In this document: positions 1-9,329 of the stretch, one piece after another
Numbering within the stretch: the first letter of the stretch is position 1
How the letters are laid out: each line of letters begins with the position of its first letter
NCBI GenBank assembly: GCA_036004665.1
Contig: DASYRG010000008.1
Span: 10,240 to 74,239, forward strand
From: a bacterium
Lineage (GTDB): Bacteria > Sysuimicrobiota > Sysuimicrobiia > Sysuimicrobiales > Humicultoraceae
Direction: 5' to 3'
Length of the DNA: 64,000 nt
Made by a program: the position numbers and the translations under genes
The notes under the pieces: model-generated
The model's database searches: none
Told to the model about the DNA's origin: nothing
What the model saw: only the letters and a program-made list of their open reading frames with translations

Positions 1-869
1 TCCTGGCGCACCTGCCCGACGTCGACCTGGTCGGTGTCGCCGACACCGACCCGCGGGAGGCCGCCCACCTGGGCCATCGCTACGGCACGCGCTCGCACAG
101 GGACTACCGGGACCTCCTCGGCCAGGTCGAAGCGGCCACGATCGCCGTCCCCACCGTGCTGCACTACGCCATCGCCCGGGATTTCCTGGAGGCGGGTGCG
201 CACGTGCTCGTGGAGAAGCCGATGACCGCTACCGCAGAGGAAGCCGCGGCGCTCTCTGATCTGGCGTCCGAGCGGGGGCGCGTGCTCCTCGTCGGGCACA
301 TCGAGCGGTTCAAGCCGGCGGTGCAGCGTCTCTTCCGCCTGGTCTCCGACCCCCTGGCGATCGAGGCGCGGCGGATGCGGCCCTACGATCCCGGCCGGTC
401 GATGGACACCGGGGTCGTGATGGATCTGATGATCCACGACATCGATATCGTGGACTCGATGGTGCCGGGGCCGTTCGAAGACCCCCAGGCGATCGGGGTG
501 TGCGTGCACAACTCCCACGAGGATCTGGCGATGGCCCGGCTGCGCACCTCCACCGGCTGTCTGGTCACCTTTACCGCCAGCCGCGTGGCGGCCCGCAAGA
601 CCGCGGAGATGGAGGTGACGATGGCCGACCGGGCCATCCACCTGGACCTCCTGCGGCAGAGCATCGCCATCAGCTTCTTCAACGGCGAGACGCAGCGGAT
701 CACGCTGGAGGGCGAAGAGCCCCTGGAGTTGGAGCTACGTCACTTCGTCGAGTGCGTGCGCAGTGGTAGCCGCCCTTTGGTCGGAGGCGAGGATGGGCGC
801 CGGGCCCTGGAGATTACTGAAACCATCCTCAGGCGAATGGTCCGGATTACGCCACCGGTCCGCGTCTGA
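1..869 (+). CDS. Gfo/Idh/MocA family NAD(P)-dependent oxidoreductase (5' end outside window)
   Basis: Frame is open from position 3. Translation ...VGVADTDPREAAHLGHRYG...VLVEKPMTATAEEAAAL...LLVGHIERFKPA... shows the EKP motif and the C-terminal alpha/beta domain of this family. The track ORF 156..869 is only an internal GTG. Confidence 0.8.
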   Translation, partial: LAHLPDVDLVGVADTDPREAAHLGHRYGTRSHRDYRDLLGQVEAATIAVPTVLHYAIARDFLEAGAHVLVEKPMTATAEEAAALSDLASERGRVLLVGHIERFKPAVQRLFRLVSDPLAIEARRMRPYDPGRSMDTGVVMDLMIHDIDIVDSMVPGPFEDPQAIGVCVHNSHEDLAMARLRTSTGCLVTFTASRVAARKTAEMEVTMADRAIHLDLLRQSIAISFFNGETQRITLEGEEPLELELRHFVECVRSGSRPLVGGEDGRRALEITETILRRMVRITPPVRV

Positions 870-956
870 AGTGTCGGTGCCGGAGGAAGGGGCTCACCGG
901 CTCGACTGCGTTTTTACTCGCCGGGTGAGCCCCTCCCTCCGGTATCCTTACAGGCT

Positions 957-1190
957 TCATGGGCGCACGACAACGCACGTCGCCACCTTCGCTACACCTT
1001 CGATCTTCTGGAGCTGATCGGCCAGGCTGGGAAATCCCTTGGTGCCATCCATCTGGCCGAGGGCGATGATGTCCACGTCCCCCATGGTGACGACCGCTTC
1101 GGTGATGCCGGGGACGCGCCGGACGGCTCGCGCGACCTCCGCTGGGGTGTGGCGGTTGAGCGTGATCAGAAAGTAGGCGGTCTCCACCAT
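957..1190 (-). CDS. stand-alone Lrp/AsnC-type ligand-binding (RAM) domain protein, 77 aa
   Basis: C-terminal 77 aa of the minus ORF 957..1643: MVETAYFLITLNRHTPAEVARAVRRVPGITEAVVTMGDVDIIALGQ...KIEGVAKVATCVVV is typical of the AsnC-type RAM domain. ATG codon is revcomp of 1188-1190. The upstream part of the track ORF is antisense to the neighbouring gene. Confidence 0.55.
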   Translation of the reverse strand: MVETAYFLITLNRHTPAEVARAVRRVPGITEAVVTMGDVDIIALGQMDGTKGFPSLADQLQKIEGVAKVATCVVVRP

Positions 1191-1208
1191 GGTGTTATAG
1201 TATCGGCG

Positions 1209-2195
1209 ATGATTCAGGGAAAACTGCTCCCCCCCCTGCTTCGCCGCCTCGTCTACCCTCATCTCCCCAGCCGTCCGGACGTCCTGGTCGCCGCCGCCGT
1301 CGGTGAGGACAGCGCCATCCTCGACTTCGGCTCCTCCGTCTGTGTGGCCACCTCCGATCCCATCACTGGAGCGGTGCAGCATCTCGGCCGTCTGGCGGTC
1401 CACGTCGCCTGCAACGATATCGCGGCAACGGGGGCCGAGCCGGTGGCGCTCTTGCTGACCGTACTGCTCCCCGCCTCGGCCGTAGAAGCTGAGATCGAAG
1501 CGATCATGCGAGAAGCGGGGAAGGCGGCGTCGAGACTGGGCGTCGCCATCGCAGGCGGGCACACCGAGGTGACCGTCCGTGTGACCCACCCCGTGGTTGT
1601 CGTCGCCGGCATCGGCCGCGCCGCCGCACACGGATACGTCCACGCCGGGGGTGCGCGCCCCGGCGAGGCGCTGCTGCTGACCAAGGCGGCGGCGATCGAG
1701 GGCACGGCAATCCTGGCGACTGACCTCGCCGCGGAGTTAGCGGCGCGAGTGCCCGCGGAAGTGCTGGAGCGGGCGCGCCGCTTCATCGAGGACGTCAGCG
1801 TCGTGCCGGAAGGACGCATCGCCCTGGGGGCGGGAGCCACGGCCATGCACGACGTCACCGAGGGAGGGGTCATCACCGCCGTGTGGGAGATGGCCGAGGC
1901 CTCGCGATGCGGGGTCGACCTGTGGGCGGACGCCGTACCCGTTCGCGCCGAGACGGCAGCCCTCTGCGCCGAAGTGGGAGCGGACCCGCTGGTCTTGATC
2001 GGCAGCGGCGCGATGCTGATCGCCACCGCCTCCCCGCAGCGGACGCTGGCGGCGCTCCGCGAGGCGGGGATCGCGGCGGTCCAGATAGGGGAGATGCGGG
2101 ACGACGGCCGGACGCTGCGGCGGGGGGCGAGCACCGAACCGCTGTCTCCACCCGAACGCGATGAACTCTGGAGGATCCTCGAACAGCGCCGCTAG
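1209..2195 (+). CDS. AIR synthase-related protein (PurM/HypE-like fold)
   Basis: GEDSAILDFGSSVCVATSDPIT...GRLAVHVACNDIAATGAEP...GGHTEV match the PurM-like N and C domains (HypE-like pattern). ATG at 1209 is chosen to avoid overlap with the divergent gene. The family call is from motif memory only. Confidence 0.65.
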   Translation: MIQGKLLPPLLRRLVYPHLPSRPDVLVAAAVGEDSAILDFGSSVCVATSDPITGAVQHLGRLAVHVACNDIAATGAEPVALLLTVLLPASAVEAEIEAIMREAGKAASRLGVAIAGGHTEVTVRVTHPVVVVAGIGRAAAHGYVHAGGARPGEALLLTKAAAIEGTAILATDLAAELAARVPAEVLERARRFIEDVSVVPEGRIALGAGATAMHDVTEGGVITAVWEMAEASRCGVDLWADAVPVRAETAALCAEVGADPLVLIGSGAMLIATASPQRTLAALREAGIAAVQIGEMRDDGRTLRRGASTEPLSPPERDELWRILEQRR

Positions 2196-2244
2196 CCTGG
2201 TTTCACTGGCGCGGCGCCATGGTACGATGGGATGAGAACCGCAT

Positions 2245-2350
2245 AGCACGTGCTGGGGGAGCCCGGTCGAGCCGGGCTGAGAGTGCAGCCGGACGCACTG
2301 CTGCAGACCCCTCGGACCCGATCCAGGTCATGCTGGCGTGGGGAAGCGAC
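2245..2350 (+). promoter_or_regulatory. TPP (THI-box) riboswitch
   Basis: CTGGGGGAGCCC...GGCTGAGAG...GACCCCTCGGACCCGATCCAGGTCATGCTGGCGTGGGGA contains the conserved CUGAGA and ACCC..GAACCUGAUCC(A/G)G..AAU.CUGGCGUAGGGA elements of the THI element. It lies directly upstream of thiT. The track ORF 2250..2423 across it is not coding. Confidence 0.8.
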
Positions 2351-2423
2351 AGCCGTTCATCTCGCCGCCGGGTCCTGTCGGGCCGGCGGCGTCTGCGTGT
2401 CCCAGTTGGGAGGAGGAGTCGCG

Positions 2424-2945
2424 ATGCCACGTGAACCGTTGCGCCGGCTCACAGAGACAGGACTGGCCTTGGCCCTGGTGGCGGTACTCAACCTCATTCC
2501 GCCGATCTTCAAGATGCCGCAGGGCGGGTCTGTCACCGCAGGGAGCATGGTGCCGATCTTCTTTGTCGCCCTGCGCTGGGGGGGTGTCTGGGGCATACTC
2601 ACCGGCGCCCTCGGTGGTTTGATCAACTACTGGATCGATCCCCAGTACTATCACCCGCTGCAGTGGGTCCTCGACTACCCGGTCGCCTTCGGAGCCCTCG
2701 GGATCGCCGGATTCCTCCGCAGGCTCCCGGTAGCGGCCATCATCGTAGGCGGCGCGCTGCGGTTTGGGGCGCACGTGCTCTCCGGCGTGGTCTTCTTCGC
2801 GTCCTTCGCGCCCAAGGGCATGAGCCCGCTGCTCTATTCCACCGTGTACAATGGGAGCTTCATGCTGCCGGAGGTCGCGATCAGCGTGGCGCTGACGCTC
2901 CTGCTCCTGCGCGCAATGGCGCGCCTGACCCCCGCGATGCGGTGA
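2424..2945 (+). CDS. thiT: thiamine ECF transporter S component ThiT
   Basis: ATG 2424 has a GGAGGAGG Shine-Dalgarno 8 nt upstream. It encodes a multi-helix membrane protein with WGGVWGILTGALGGLINYW typical of ThiT, downstream of the TPP riboswitch. Confidence 0.8.
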   Translation: MPREPLRRLTETGLALALVAVLNLIPPIFKMPQGGSVTAGSMVPIFFVALRWGGVWGILTGALGGLINYWIDPQYYHPLQWVLDYPVAFGALGIAGFLRRLPVAAIIVGGALRFGAHVLSGVVFFASFAPKGMSPLLYSTVYNGSFMLPEVAISVALTLLLLRAMARLTPAMR

Positions 2946-3589
2946 TCGCCCTCATCGTCACCCAGGGCCCGGCGCGCGCCCGCCGGTCCCTGCGGAGTCT
3001 GGCCGAGCGGGCCGATCTTCTCCTCGCGGCCGACGGCGGCGCCCGCGTGGCGCGTGCCGCCGGCCTCGTGCCCCACCTCATCATCGGGGATTTCGATTCC
3101 CTCGATGCGAAGACCGCCCGCTGGGCACGCCGCCGAAGGATTCCCCGCCGTCGTCTTCCCGTGGTCAAGGATGCCACCGACGCGGAGTTGGCGCTCCGGG
3201 AGGCGCTCCGCCGCGGCGCCCGGGAGATCTTGATCTTCGCCTCGTTGACCGGACGGATGGATCAGGCTCTCGCCAACCTCCTTCTCCTCGTCACCGCGCG
3301 GTCGGCTAGGGCGCGCGCCTGGCTCACCGACGGCCGGGCGACCGCGTGGCTCGCGTCGGGGACGGCGCGCATCGAGGGGCGTTCCGGTGATCTGGTCTCG
3401 CTGCTGCCCCTTACCCCCGCCGTCCGGGGCATCGTCACCACCGGATTGCGCTACCCCCTGCGCGGGGGAACGTTGCGACGGGGCTCCACCCGGGGGATCA
3501 GCAACGAGATCACCACAGCGCCGGCCTCCGTGCGCGTCCGTGGCGGCGACGTGCTGGTGATCCACACGCCGCGGCGTGCGCCGCGCTGA
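2942..3589 (+). CDS. thiN: thiamine pyrophosphokinase
   Basis: GTG 2942 overlaps the thiT stop (GTGA). LIIGDFDSLD is the hallmark TPK motif, and the C-terminal thiamin-binding domain is present. Confidence 0.8.
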   Translation: MIALIVTQGPARARRSLRSLAERADLLLAADGGARVARAAGLVPHLIIGDFDSLDAKTARWARRRRIPRRRLPVVKDATDAELALREALRRGAREILIFASLTGRMDQALANLLLLVTARSARARAWLTDGRATAWLASGTARIEGRSGDLVSLLPLTPAVRGIVTTGLRYPLRGGTLRRGSTRGISNEITTAPASVRVRGGDVLVIHTPRRAPR

Positions 3590-3658
3590 CCGGGGCGGGA
3601 CCGAACCGACCGGCGGCCCACGGCAAGGCACGGCGCAGGGTGATGCTACAATACCCGC

Positions 3659-4534
3659 GTGCCGGACACCTTGATGCGCGCCATTGCCGCCGACGGCGGC
3701 GTTCGTGGCGTGGCGGCCGTCGCCACCACGACCGTGGAGGAGGCGCGCCGCCGCCACGCCACCGCGCCCACCGCCACCGCTGCGCTGGGGCGGACCCTGA
3801 CGGCCACGGCGATGCTGGGGGCGGGATTGAAGGACGATCAGCGCATAACGCTTCGGGTGCTGGGCGATGGCCCGCTAGGAGGCATCATCGCGGACGGCAC
3901 CGGTGGGGGGGAGGTCCGCGGCTACGTCGCCAACCCAGATGTGGACCTGCCGGTGACCGCCCGCCGGAAACTGGACGTCGGAGGCGCCGTGGGGCGGGGC
4001 ACGCTCCACGTCACCAGAGACATGGGTCTCCGCTATCCCTATCACGGCAGTGTGCCGCTGATCTCCGGAGAGATCGGGGAGGACGTGGCCCGGTATCTGG
4101 TTGTGTCCGAACAGGTGCCGTCGGTGGTCGCTCTCGGCGTGCTGGTGAATCCCGACGGCGAGGTGCGCGCCGCGGGCGGGTACATCCTGCAGGTCCTCCC
4201 CGGAGCCGCCGATGACCTGCCGCGCTATCTGGAAGATCGGGTCAGATCGCTCCCCGCGGTGACAGATCTCGTGCGCGAGGGAATGGAGCCGCAGGCCATC
4301 CTGGATCTGGGCCTGGGAGAACTGGCTCCCCGCTCGCTCGGCGGCAGCCCGATCGCCTTCTCCTGCGGGTGTTCGCCAGCCCGTGTGGAGGCGGTCCTGA
4401 TCGCGCTGGGGAAGGATGAGGTGGAGCGCTTGATCGAGGAGCAGGGCCAGGCGGAAGTGACCTGCCGCTTCTGTGGCGACCGCTACGTGCTTGGGGCGGA
4501 GGAGCTGCGGGGGCTCTTCAGCGCGCCCGCGTGA
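3659..4534 (+). CDS. hslO: redox-regulated chaperone Hsp33
   Basis: Near-collinear with B. subtilis HslO from memory (TWPTASAALGRT, VRAYVSNP, SGELG, YLVSSEQVPS). The C-terminal zinc centre CGC...CRFCG is present. Confidence 0.9.
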   Translation: MPDTLMRAIAADGGVRGVAAVATTTVEEARRRHATAPTATAALGRTLTATAMLGAGLKDDQRITLRVLGDGPLGGIIADGTGGGEVRGYVANPDVDLPVTARRKLDVGGAVGRGTLHVTRDMGLRYPYHGSVPLISGEIGEDVARYLVVSEQVPSVVALGVLVNPDGEVRAAGGYILQVLPGAADDLPRYLEDRVRSLPAVTDLVREGMEPQAILDLGLGELAPRSLGGSPIAFSCGCSPARVEAVLIALGKDEVERLIEEQGQAEVTCRFCGDRYVLGAEELRGLFSAPA

Positions 4535-4709
4535 CCCGGCCGGAGCGGAGGCACGTCGTGCAGACGTGCACCCGCCGCACCCGGCCGCCGATGACACCTC
4601 TGATGCGCTGGACGTTGGCGCGGAATTGTCGCTTGCTGCGGATGTGAGAGTGGCTGAGCGAGTAGCCGGTCACCGTCCCCTTTCCGCAGATCTCACACTG
4701 TCGAGCCAT
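4518..4709 (-). CDS. rpmB: 50S ribosomal protein L28
   Basis: 63 aa, MARQCEICGKGTVTGYSLSHSHIRSKRQFRANVQRI... is a canonical L28. Confidence 0.9.
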   Translation of the reverse strand: MARQCEICGKGTVTGYSLSHSHIRSKRQFRANVQRIRGVIGGRVRRVHVCTTCLRSGRVTRAR

Positions 4710-4858
4710 TCCTTCTCTCCTCCCGCGCCGCGCGCGGCGCCGGAACCACCCGCGGCGGCCAAAACGTCAATCATGCTAACACGCGCCGGACGAGCCCGCA
4801 ACGGCGCGGTGTGCTCAGCGATGTGCTCAAAGGAAAGGCGACACACGCAGAGAAGAGG

Positions 4859-6979
4859 ATGCGCGGTTTGAGCGCGCGGTCCCAGACTCCTTCCGCTCCG
4901 CCCCGGCCGGCCGCGGGATCCCCTCTGCTCGCTCCGGTGCAGTACCTCAAGGGCGTCGGCCCCGCGCGTGCCGCCGCCCTCGCCCGGCTTGGCATCGCGA
5001 CGGTGGAAGACCTCCTCCTCCACGTGCCCCGACGGCTCGACGACCGCACCCGTCTCCTTCCACTGCGCGATCTGCCGCACGGCCAGGAGAGCACCGTCGA
5101 GGCGACGGTGGCCGCGGTGAGCGAGTTCCGCCCGCGGCGCGGCCTCACCGTGACCAAAGCGGCTCTGACCGACGGCAGCGGCATCGGGTATGCGATCTGG
5201 TACAACCAGTCCTATCTCAAAGCGCAGCTGCGGCGGGGGATGCGGGCGCTTTTCTTCGGGCGGGTGGAGCGGCGCTACGGGGAGATCCGCCTCACCGCGC
5301 CTGAGTTTGAAGAGATCGAGGACGCGGCGGAGGAAACCTGGCACACCGGGCGCCTGGTCCCCATCTATCCCTCCACGGAAGGCCTCTCCCAACGGATCCT
5401 CCGCAACCTGGTGCGCGGCGCCCTCGCCGCGCATGCCGGCGAGGTGGAGGAGATCCTTCCCGAGGAGCTGCGCCGGAGTCACCGGTTCAGCGGCGAGGCA
5501 GAGGCGCTGTGGGCGCTGCACTTCCCCGAGACCGTCGAGGCGCAGGTGCGTGCGCGGCAGCGCCTGGCCTTTGAGGAATTGCTCGTGCTCCAACTGGGAG
5601 TGCTGCTCCGCCGCCAGCAGGGGCGGGCCGCCGCCAAGCCCCAACGGTACAGGGCCGGTGGGCTGGCGGACCGCTTTCTCGCCTCCTTACCGTTTCCGCT
5701 GACGGGCGCGCAGCGGCGCGCCATCGGCGAGATCGCGGCCGACCTGGGCCATGCGCAGCCGATGAGCCGTCTGCTGCAGGGCGACGTGGGCTCGGGCAAG
5801 ACGGTGGTCGCCGTCGTCGCCCTCCTCACCTGCATCCAGGGCGGGTTTCAGGGTGCGCTGATGGCACCGACGGAGATTCTGGCGGAGCAGCACTACCTCA
5901 CGGTAGGACCGTGGCTCGACGGGCTGGGGGTGCAGGCGGCTCTGCTCACGGGCAGCCGCGGACGCGAGCGGGCGCAGCGGCGCGAGGCGGTGGCGGCCGG
6001 GGAGGCGGACCTTATCGTCGGCACGCACGCGCTGTTGGAGGAGGAGGTCGCGTTCGCCCGGCTCGGTCTGGTCATCGTCGACGAGCAGCACAAGTTCGGC
6101 GTCCTGCAGCGCGCACGACTGCGCCGCAAGGGCTTCGCGCCGGATGTCCTGGTCATGACCGCCACGCCCATCCCGCGCACGCTCGCGCTCACGCTGTACG
6201 GGGATCTGGACGTGACCACCCTGGACGAGGCGCCCCCCGGCCGCGGTCCCATCGCCACCCACTGGCGGCAGGCCTCGGCGCGTCCGAACGTGTACGCGTT
6301 CGTCCGCGAGCAGATCGCGGCCGGCCGGCAAGCGTACGTGGTGTGTCCCCTGATCGAGGATTCGGAAAAGTTGGCGGCCCGGGCGGCGGCGGCCCTCGCC
6401 GAGGAGCTGCGCGCCACCTTCTTCCCCGACCTCACCGTTGCGCTGCTGCACGGCCGGATGGCCAGCCCAGCGAAGGAGCGGACGATGGCGGCGCTGCGGG
6501 CAGGGGAGATCCACGTGCTGGTCGCCACCTCCGTCATCGAGGTGGGGATCGACGTCCCCAACGCGTCGGTGATGGTGATCGAGGACGCGGACCGCTTCGG
6601 GCTGGCGCAGCTGCATCAACTGCGGGGACGCGTCGGACGCGGGGCGCACCGCTCCTACTGCGTCCTCATCGCCTCCCCGTCGACCGAAGAGGGGCGCCGC
6701 CGGATGGAGGTGATGACCGCCACGACCGACGGCTTCCGGATCGCTCAGGAAGATCTGCTCCTGCGCGGCCCGGGGGAGATCCTGGGGACCCGGCAGCACG
6801 GGCTGCCGGACCTGCGCGTCGCCGATCTGAAGACGGACCTGGCGCTGTTGGAGGAGGCGCGCGCCGCCGCCGCGGAGATCCTGCGCGCGGATCCCGCCTT
6901 CGCAGACCACGCTCACCGTGGGCTTGGCGCGGCGGTGAAGCGCCGGTTTGCAGGGGCCAGCCTGACGCTGGTCAGCTAG
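4859..6979 (+). CDS. recG: ATP-dependent DNA helicase RecG
   Basis: Wedge domain followed by an SF2 helicase: GDVGSGKT Walker A, DEQHKFG Walker B, QLRGRVGRG motif VI. ATG 4859 is preceded by AGAAGAGG. An upstream alternative start at 4811 is possible. Confidence 0.9.
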   Translation: MRGLSARSQTPSAPPRPAAGSPLLAPVQYLKGVGPARAAALARLGIATVEDLLLHVPRRLDDRTRLLPLRDLPHGQESTVEATVAAVSEFRPRRGLTVTKAALTDGSGIGYAIWYNQSYLKAQLRRGMRALFFGRVERRYGEIRLTAPEFEEIEDAAEETWHTGRLVPIYPSTEGLSQRILRNLVRGALAAHAGEVEEILPEELRRSHRFSGEAEALWALHFPETVEAQVRARQRLAFEELLVLQLGVLLRRQQGRAAAKPQRYRAGGLADRFLASLPFPLTGAQRRAIGEIAADLGHAQPMSRLLQGDVGSGKTVVAVVALLTCIQGGFQGALMAPTEILAEQHYLTVGPWLDGLGVQAALLTGSRGRERAQRREAVAAGEADLIVGTHALLEEEVAFARLGLVIVDEQHKFGVLQRARLRRKGFAPDVLVMTATPIPRTLALTLYGDLDVTTLDEAPPGRGPIATHWRQASARPNVYAFVREQIAAGRQAYVVCPLIEDSEKLAARAAAALAEELRATFFPDLTVALLHGRMASPAKERTMAALRAGEIHVLVATSVIEVGIDVPNASVMVIEDADRFGLAQLHQLRGRVGRGAHRSYCVLIASPSTEEGRRRMEVMTATTDGFRIAQEDLLLRGPGEILGTRQHGLPDLRVADLKTDLALLEEARAAAAEILRADPAFADHAHRGLGAAVKRRFAGASLTLVS

Positions 6980-7525
6980 GTGGCCGCGGGCCGCGTGCGC
7001 GGCGGGGCCGGCGGACGGGGCGGGGTCCGGCCGACCGCGCGGCGGGTGCGGGATGCGCTCTTCAACAGTCTCGCCGCACGCGTCCAGGAGGCGGCGGTCC
7101 TCGACCTGTTCGCGGGAACCGGCGCGTTGGGGCTGGAGGCGCTGGCGCGGGGAGCACGTGCGGTGGTGTTCGTGGAGCGCGACGCGACGATGGCGCGCCG
7201 GCTCCGAGACCACCTGCGGGCGACGGGCCTGCAGGCGCAGGCGGAGGTCTGGCGGGCGCCTGTGGCGACGGCGCTGCGACGCCTGAGTGAGGAGGGACGG
7301 CGATTCGATCTTATCCTGCTCGATCCACCGTACGGCCGCGGCCTGCTCGACCTGACGCTCGAGGCGCTCGCCGGCGGAGCGATGCTGGCGCCGGGCGGGC
7401 GCATCGTCGCCGAAGGACACTGGCGGGACGCGCCGCGTCTGCCAGAGGGACTGACGCTGGTGCGGGAGACCCGCTACGGCGAGACCGCGCTGTGGGAGTA
7501 CGCACGCAGGGGAGCGGGAGCGTGA
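6980..7525 (+). CDS. rsmD: 16S rRNA (guanine966-N2)-methyltransferase RsmD
   Basis: LDLFAGTGALGLEAL SAM-binding motif and the DPPY catalytic motif. GTG start immediately follows the recG stop. Confidence 0.85.
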   Translation: MAAGRVRGGAGGRGGVRPTARRVRDALFNSLAARVQEAAVLDLFAGTGALGLEALARGARAVVFVERDATMARRLRDHLRATGLQAQAEVWRAPVATALRRLSEEGRRFDLILLDPPYGRGLLDLTLEALAGGAMLAPGGRIVAEGHWRDAPRLPEGLTLVRETRYGETALWEYARRGAGA

Positions 7526-8025
7526 CCACGGCGCTCTATCCAGGAACTTTCGATCCCGCCCACCTCGGGCACCTCGATGTCATCGTGCGCGCCTCCCATC
7601 TCTTTGAGCGCCTCGTCGTGGCCGTCTCGCGGGAAGCGAAGAAGAACGGGCTGTTCTCCGTCGAGGAGCGCGCCGAGATGCTGCGCGAGGCTACCGCCGG
7701 GCTGCGCGGCGTCGAGGTGGTCGCCTACGGCGGGCTCACCGCGGTGTTCGCGCAGTCGGTGGGGGCGGAGGTCATCGTCAAGGGGCTGCGCGGCCCGGAG
7801 GACTTCGCCGCCGAGGCGCGCCAGATGCTGATGAACCGGCACCTCGGCGGCCCAGAGACGCTCTTCCTCCTGCCGTCGCCCCTGCACACGCAGGTGAGCT
7901 CCACCTTGATCCGGGAGGTGACCCGGTTGGGCGGCGACGCTTCCGCGTTTGTCCCCGAGGCGGTAGCGCGGCGGCTCACCGCCCCCGGCGGACGGGGACG
8001 CCGACGGACGGGGCGCGGGCCCTGA
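7522..8025 (+). CDS. coaD: phosphopantetheine adenylyltransferase
   Basis: ALYPGTFDPAHLGHLD (T/HxGH nucleotidyltransferase motif). The protein is about 167 aa. GTG 7522 overlaps the rsmD stop. Confidence 0.9.
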   Translation: MTTALYPGTFDPAHLGHLDVIVRASHLFERLVVAVSREAKKNGLFSVEERAEMLREATAGLRGVEVVAYGGLTAVFAQSVGAEVIVKGLRGPEDFAAEARQMLMNRHLGGPETLFLLPSPLHTQVSSTLIREVTRLGGDASAFVPEAVARRLTAPGGRGRRRTGRGP

Positions 8026-8471
8026 TGGAATCCGTCATCGCGCTGTTGGACCGGTTGGAGGGTCTCCTCGCCCGGGGCCGCGGAGGGGGTGAGCGGCGAG
8101 GGCCGGAGACGGCGGAGGCGCTCGGCGTCCTGCGCATGATCCGCGCTGCGCTCCCCGCCGAACTCCATCACGCCCAGCGGCTTCGGGAGGAGGCAGAGAC
8201 GCTCCACCGCCGCGCCGCGGACGAGGCCCGGCGCATGATTCTGGACGCGGAGGCACTGGTGCGGCGGCAGTACGAGGAGGGGCCAGCGCAGTCCGAGCTC
8301 GCCTTGCGGCGCAGCCAGATGGTCGAAGACGCGCGGGCGGAGGCCGAACAGATCCGCCGCGGTGCGGACGACTACGCGGCCGGCGTGCTCGCCGATCTCG
8401 AGGCGCACGTCGGCAGAATTCTGGGGGCGATCCAACGCGGCAGGACACTGCTGGGATCGGATGGACGGTAG
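8025..8471 (+). CDS. hypothetical coiled-coil protein (occupies the ylbM-like position)
   Basis: 148 aa, Ala/Arg/Glu-rich with predicted coiled-coil character. ATG overlaps the coaD stop (TGATG). No recognisable motif. Confidence 0.45.
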   Translation: MESVIALLDRLEGLLARGRGGGERRGPETAEALGVLRMIRAALPAELHHAQRLREEAETLHRRAADEARRMILDAEALVRRQYEEGPAQSELALRRSQMVEDARAEAEQIRRGADDYAAGVLADLEAHVGRILGAIQRGRTLLGSDGR

Positions 8472-8480
8472 ACAGTGAGA

Positions 8481-8510
8481 TTGTGACCGGGGTCTCTGGG
8501 TCAGTATAAT
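8481..8510 (+). promoter_or_regulatory. sigma-A-type promoter (TTGTGA-18-TATAAT) ahead of yceD-rpmF-plsX-fab operon
   Basis: TTGTGA at 8481-8486 and a perfect TATAAT at 8505-8510, in the gap between the hypothetical gene and the DUF177 gene. Confidence 0.4.
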
Positions 8511-8543
8511 GACAGGAGTTTGTCGCGGGGGATCTGATCCGGC

Positions 8544-9062
8544 GTGATCGTTGATCTGGACCAGCTCGATCTGGATGACCGCGGGGGGACGTCGCTCCCG
8601 TTCACGGAGGTGATTGAGAGCGGCGCGGAGGTGCCGTTCTCGCGGCCGGCGGAAGGGCGCATGCGCTTCATGCGCGCCGGCGACGTCACCTGGGTCCGCG
8701 GCGAGGTCGGCACCGAGGTGACGCTGCTCTGTGCGCGGTGCGCGCGACCCTTTGAGCACCGCCTGGTGGGGACCTTTCGCGAGGGGTACCGGGCGGGCGG
8801 GGCAGAGAATGAGGAGAACGAGGAGGAGGGCAGCGGAGCCCCTGTCATCGTGACGCTGGCCGCCTCCCTCCTCGACGTCACCGAGGTGGTCCGCCAGCAC
8901 CTCATCTTGGCGGTGCCGATGGCGCCGCTGTGCCGGCGGGACTGTCGGGGATTGTGCCCGAGGTGCGGGGCAGATCGCAATGAGGGCGACTGCAACTGCC
9001 CCGCCGACGCGGTGGACCCGCGCCTGGAAGTGCTGCGCGGCTTTCGCCCCGCCGCAGAGTAG
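8544..9062 (+). CDS. YceD/DUF177 family protein (large-subunit rRNA accumulation protein)
   Basis: C-terminal CxxC...CxxC cluster (CRRDCRGLCPRCG...CNC) and the conserved position immediately upstream of rpmF. The GTG start is the first one after an in-frame stop; there is no clear Shine-Dalgarno. Confidence 0.75.
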   Translation: MIVDLDQLDLDDRGGTSLPFTEVIESGAEVPFSRPAEGRMRFMRAGDVTWVRGEVGTEVTLLCARCARPFEHRLVGTFREGYRAGGAENEENEEEGSGAPVIVTLAASLLDVTEVVRQHLILAVPMAPLCRRDCRGLCPRCGADRNEGDCNCPADAVDPRLEVLRGFRPAAE

Positions 9063-9096
9063 TTCGCGCGCGGCGCCATATAGAGGAGGAGAGGCG

Positions 9097-9285
9097 TTGG
9101 GAATTCAGAAGCGGAGGCACTCCCGAGCCCGGACGGCCCGGCGGCGCAGCCAGTGGAAGGCGGCGCCGGTGACGCTGGTGGGCTGTCCGCAGTGCCACCA
9201 GCCCATGCGCCCCCACCGGGTGTGTCCCACCTGCGGCTACTACGCCGGCCGGCGGGTCATCGAGCGTGAGGAAACCAGCACATAG
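9097..9285 (+). CDS. rpmF: 50S ribosomal protein L32
   Basis: TTG 9097 has GGAGGAG 6 nt upstream. (M)GIQKRRHSRARTARRRSQWK...CPQCHQPMRPHRVCPTCGYY is canonical L32 with its zinc ribbon. Confidence 0.85.
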   Translation: MGIQKRRHSRARTARRRSQWKAAPVTLVGCPQCHQPMRPHRVCPTCGYYAGRRVIEREETST

Positions 9286-9329
9286 ACGGCAGAGGATGCG
9301 CGCCTGATCCGGGGAGTCGGTCGGTCCCG

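Noticed and set aside
2250-2423. N-terminal 58-aa extension of the track ThiT ORF
   Set aside because: This stretch is the TPP riboswitch. The real start is ATG 2424 with a strong Shine-Dalgarno.
3640-4215. 191-aa Arg/Gly-rich plus-strand ORF in an alternative frame over hslO
   Set aside because: Low-complexity off-frame product. The hslO frame matches Hsp33 along its whole length.
5687-7420. 577-aa minus-strand ORF antisense to recG/rsmD
   Set aside because: Arg/Pro/Gly-rich, low-complexity translation typical of reverse-strand reading of high-GC coding DNA. No motifs. The plus-strand recG homology is unambiguous.
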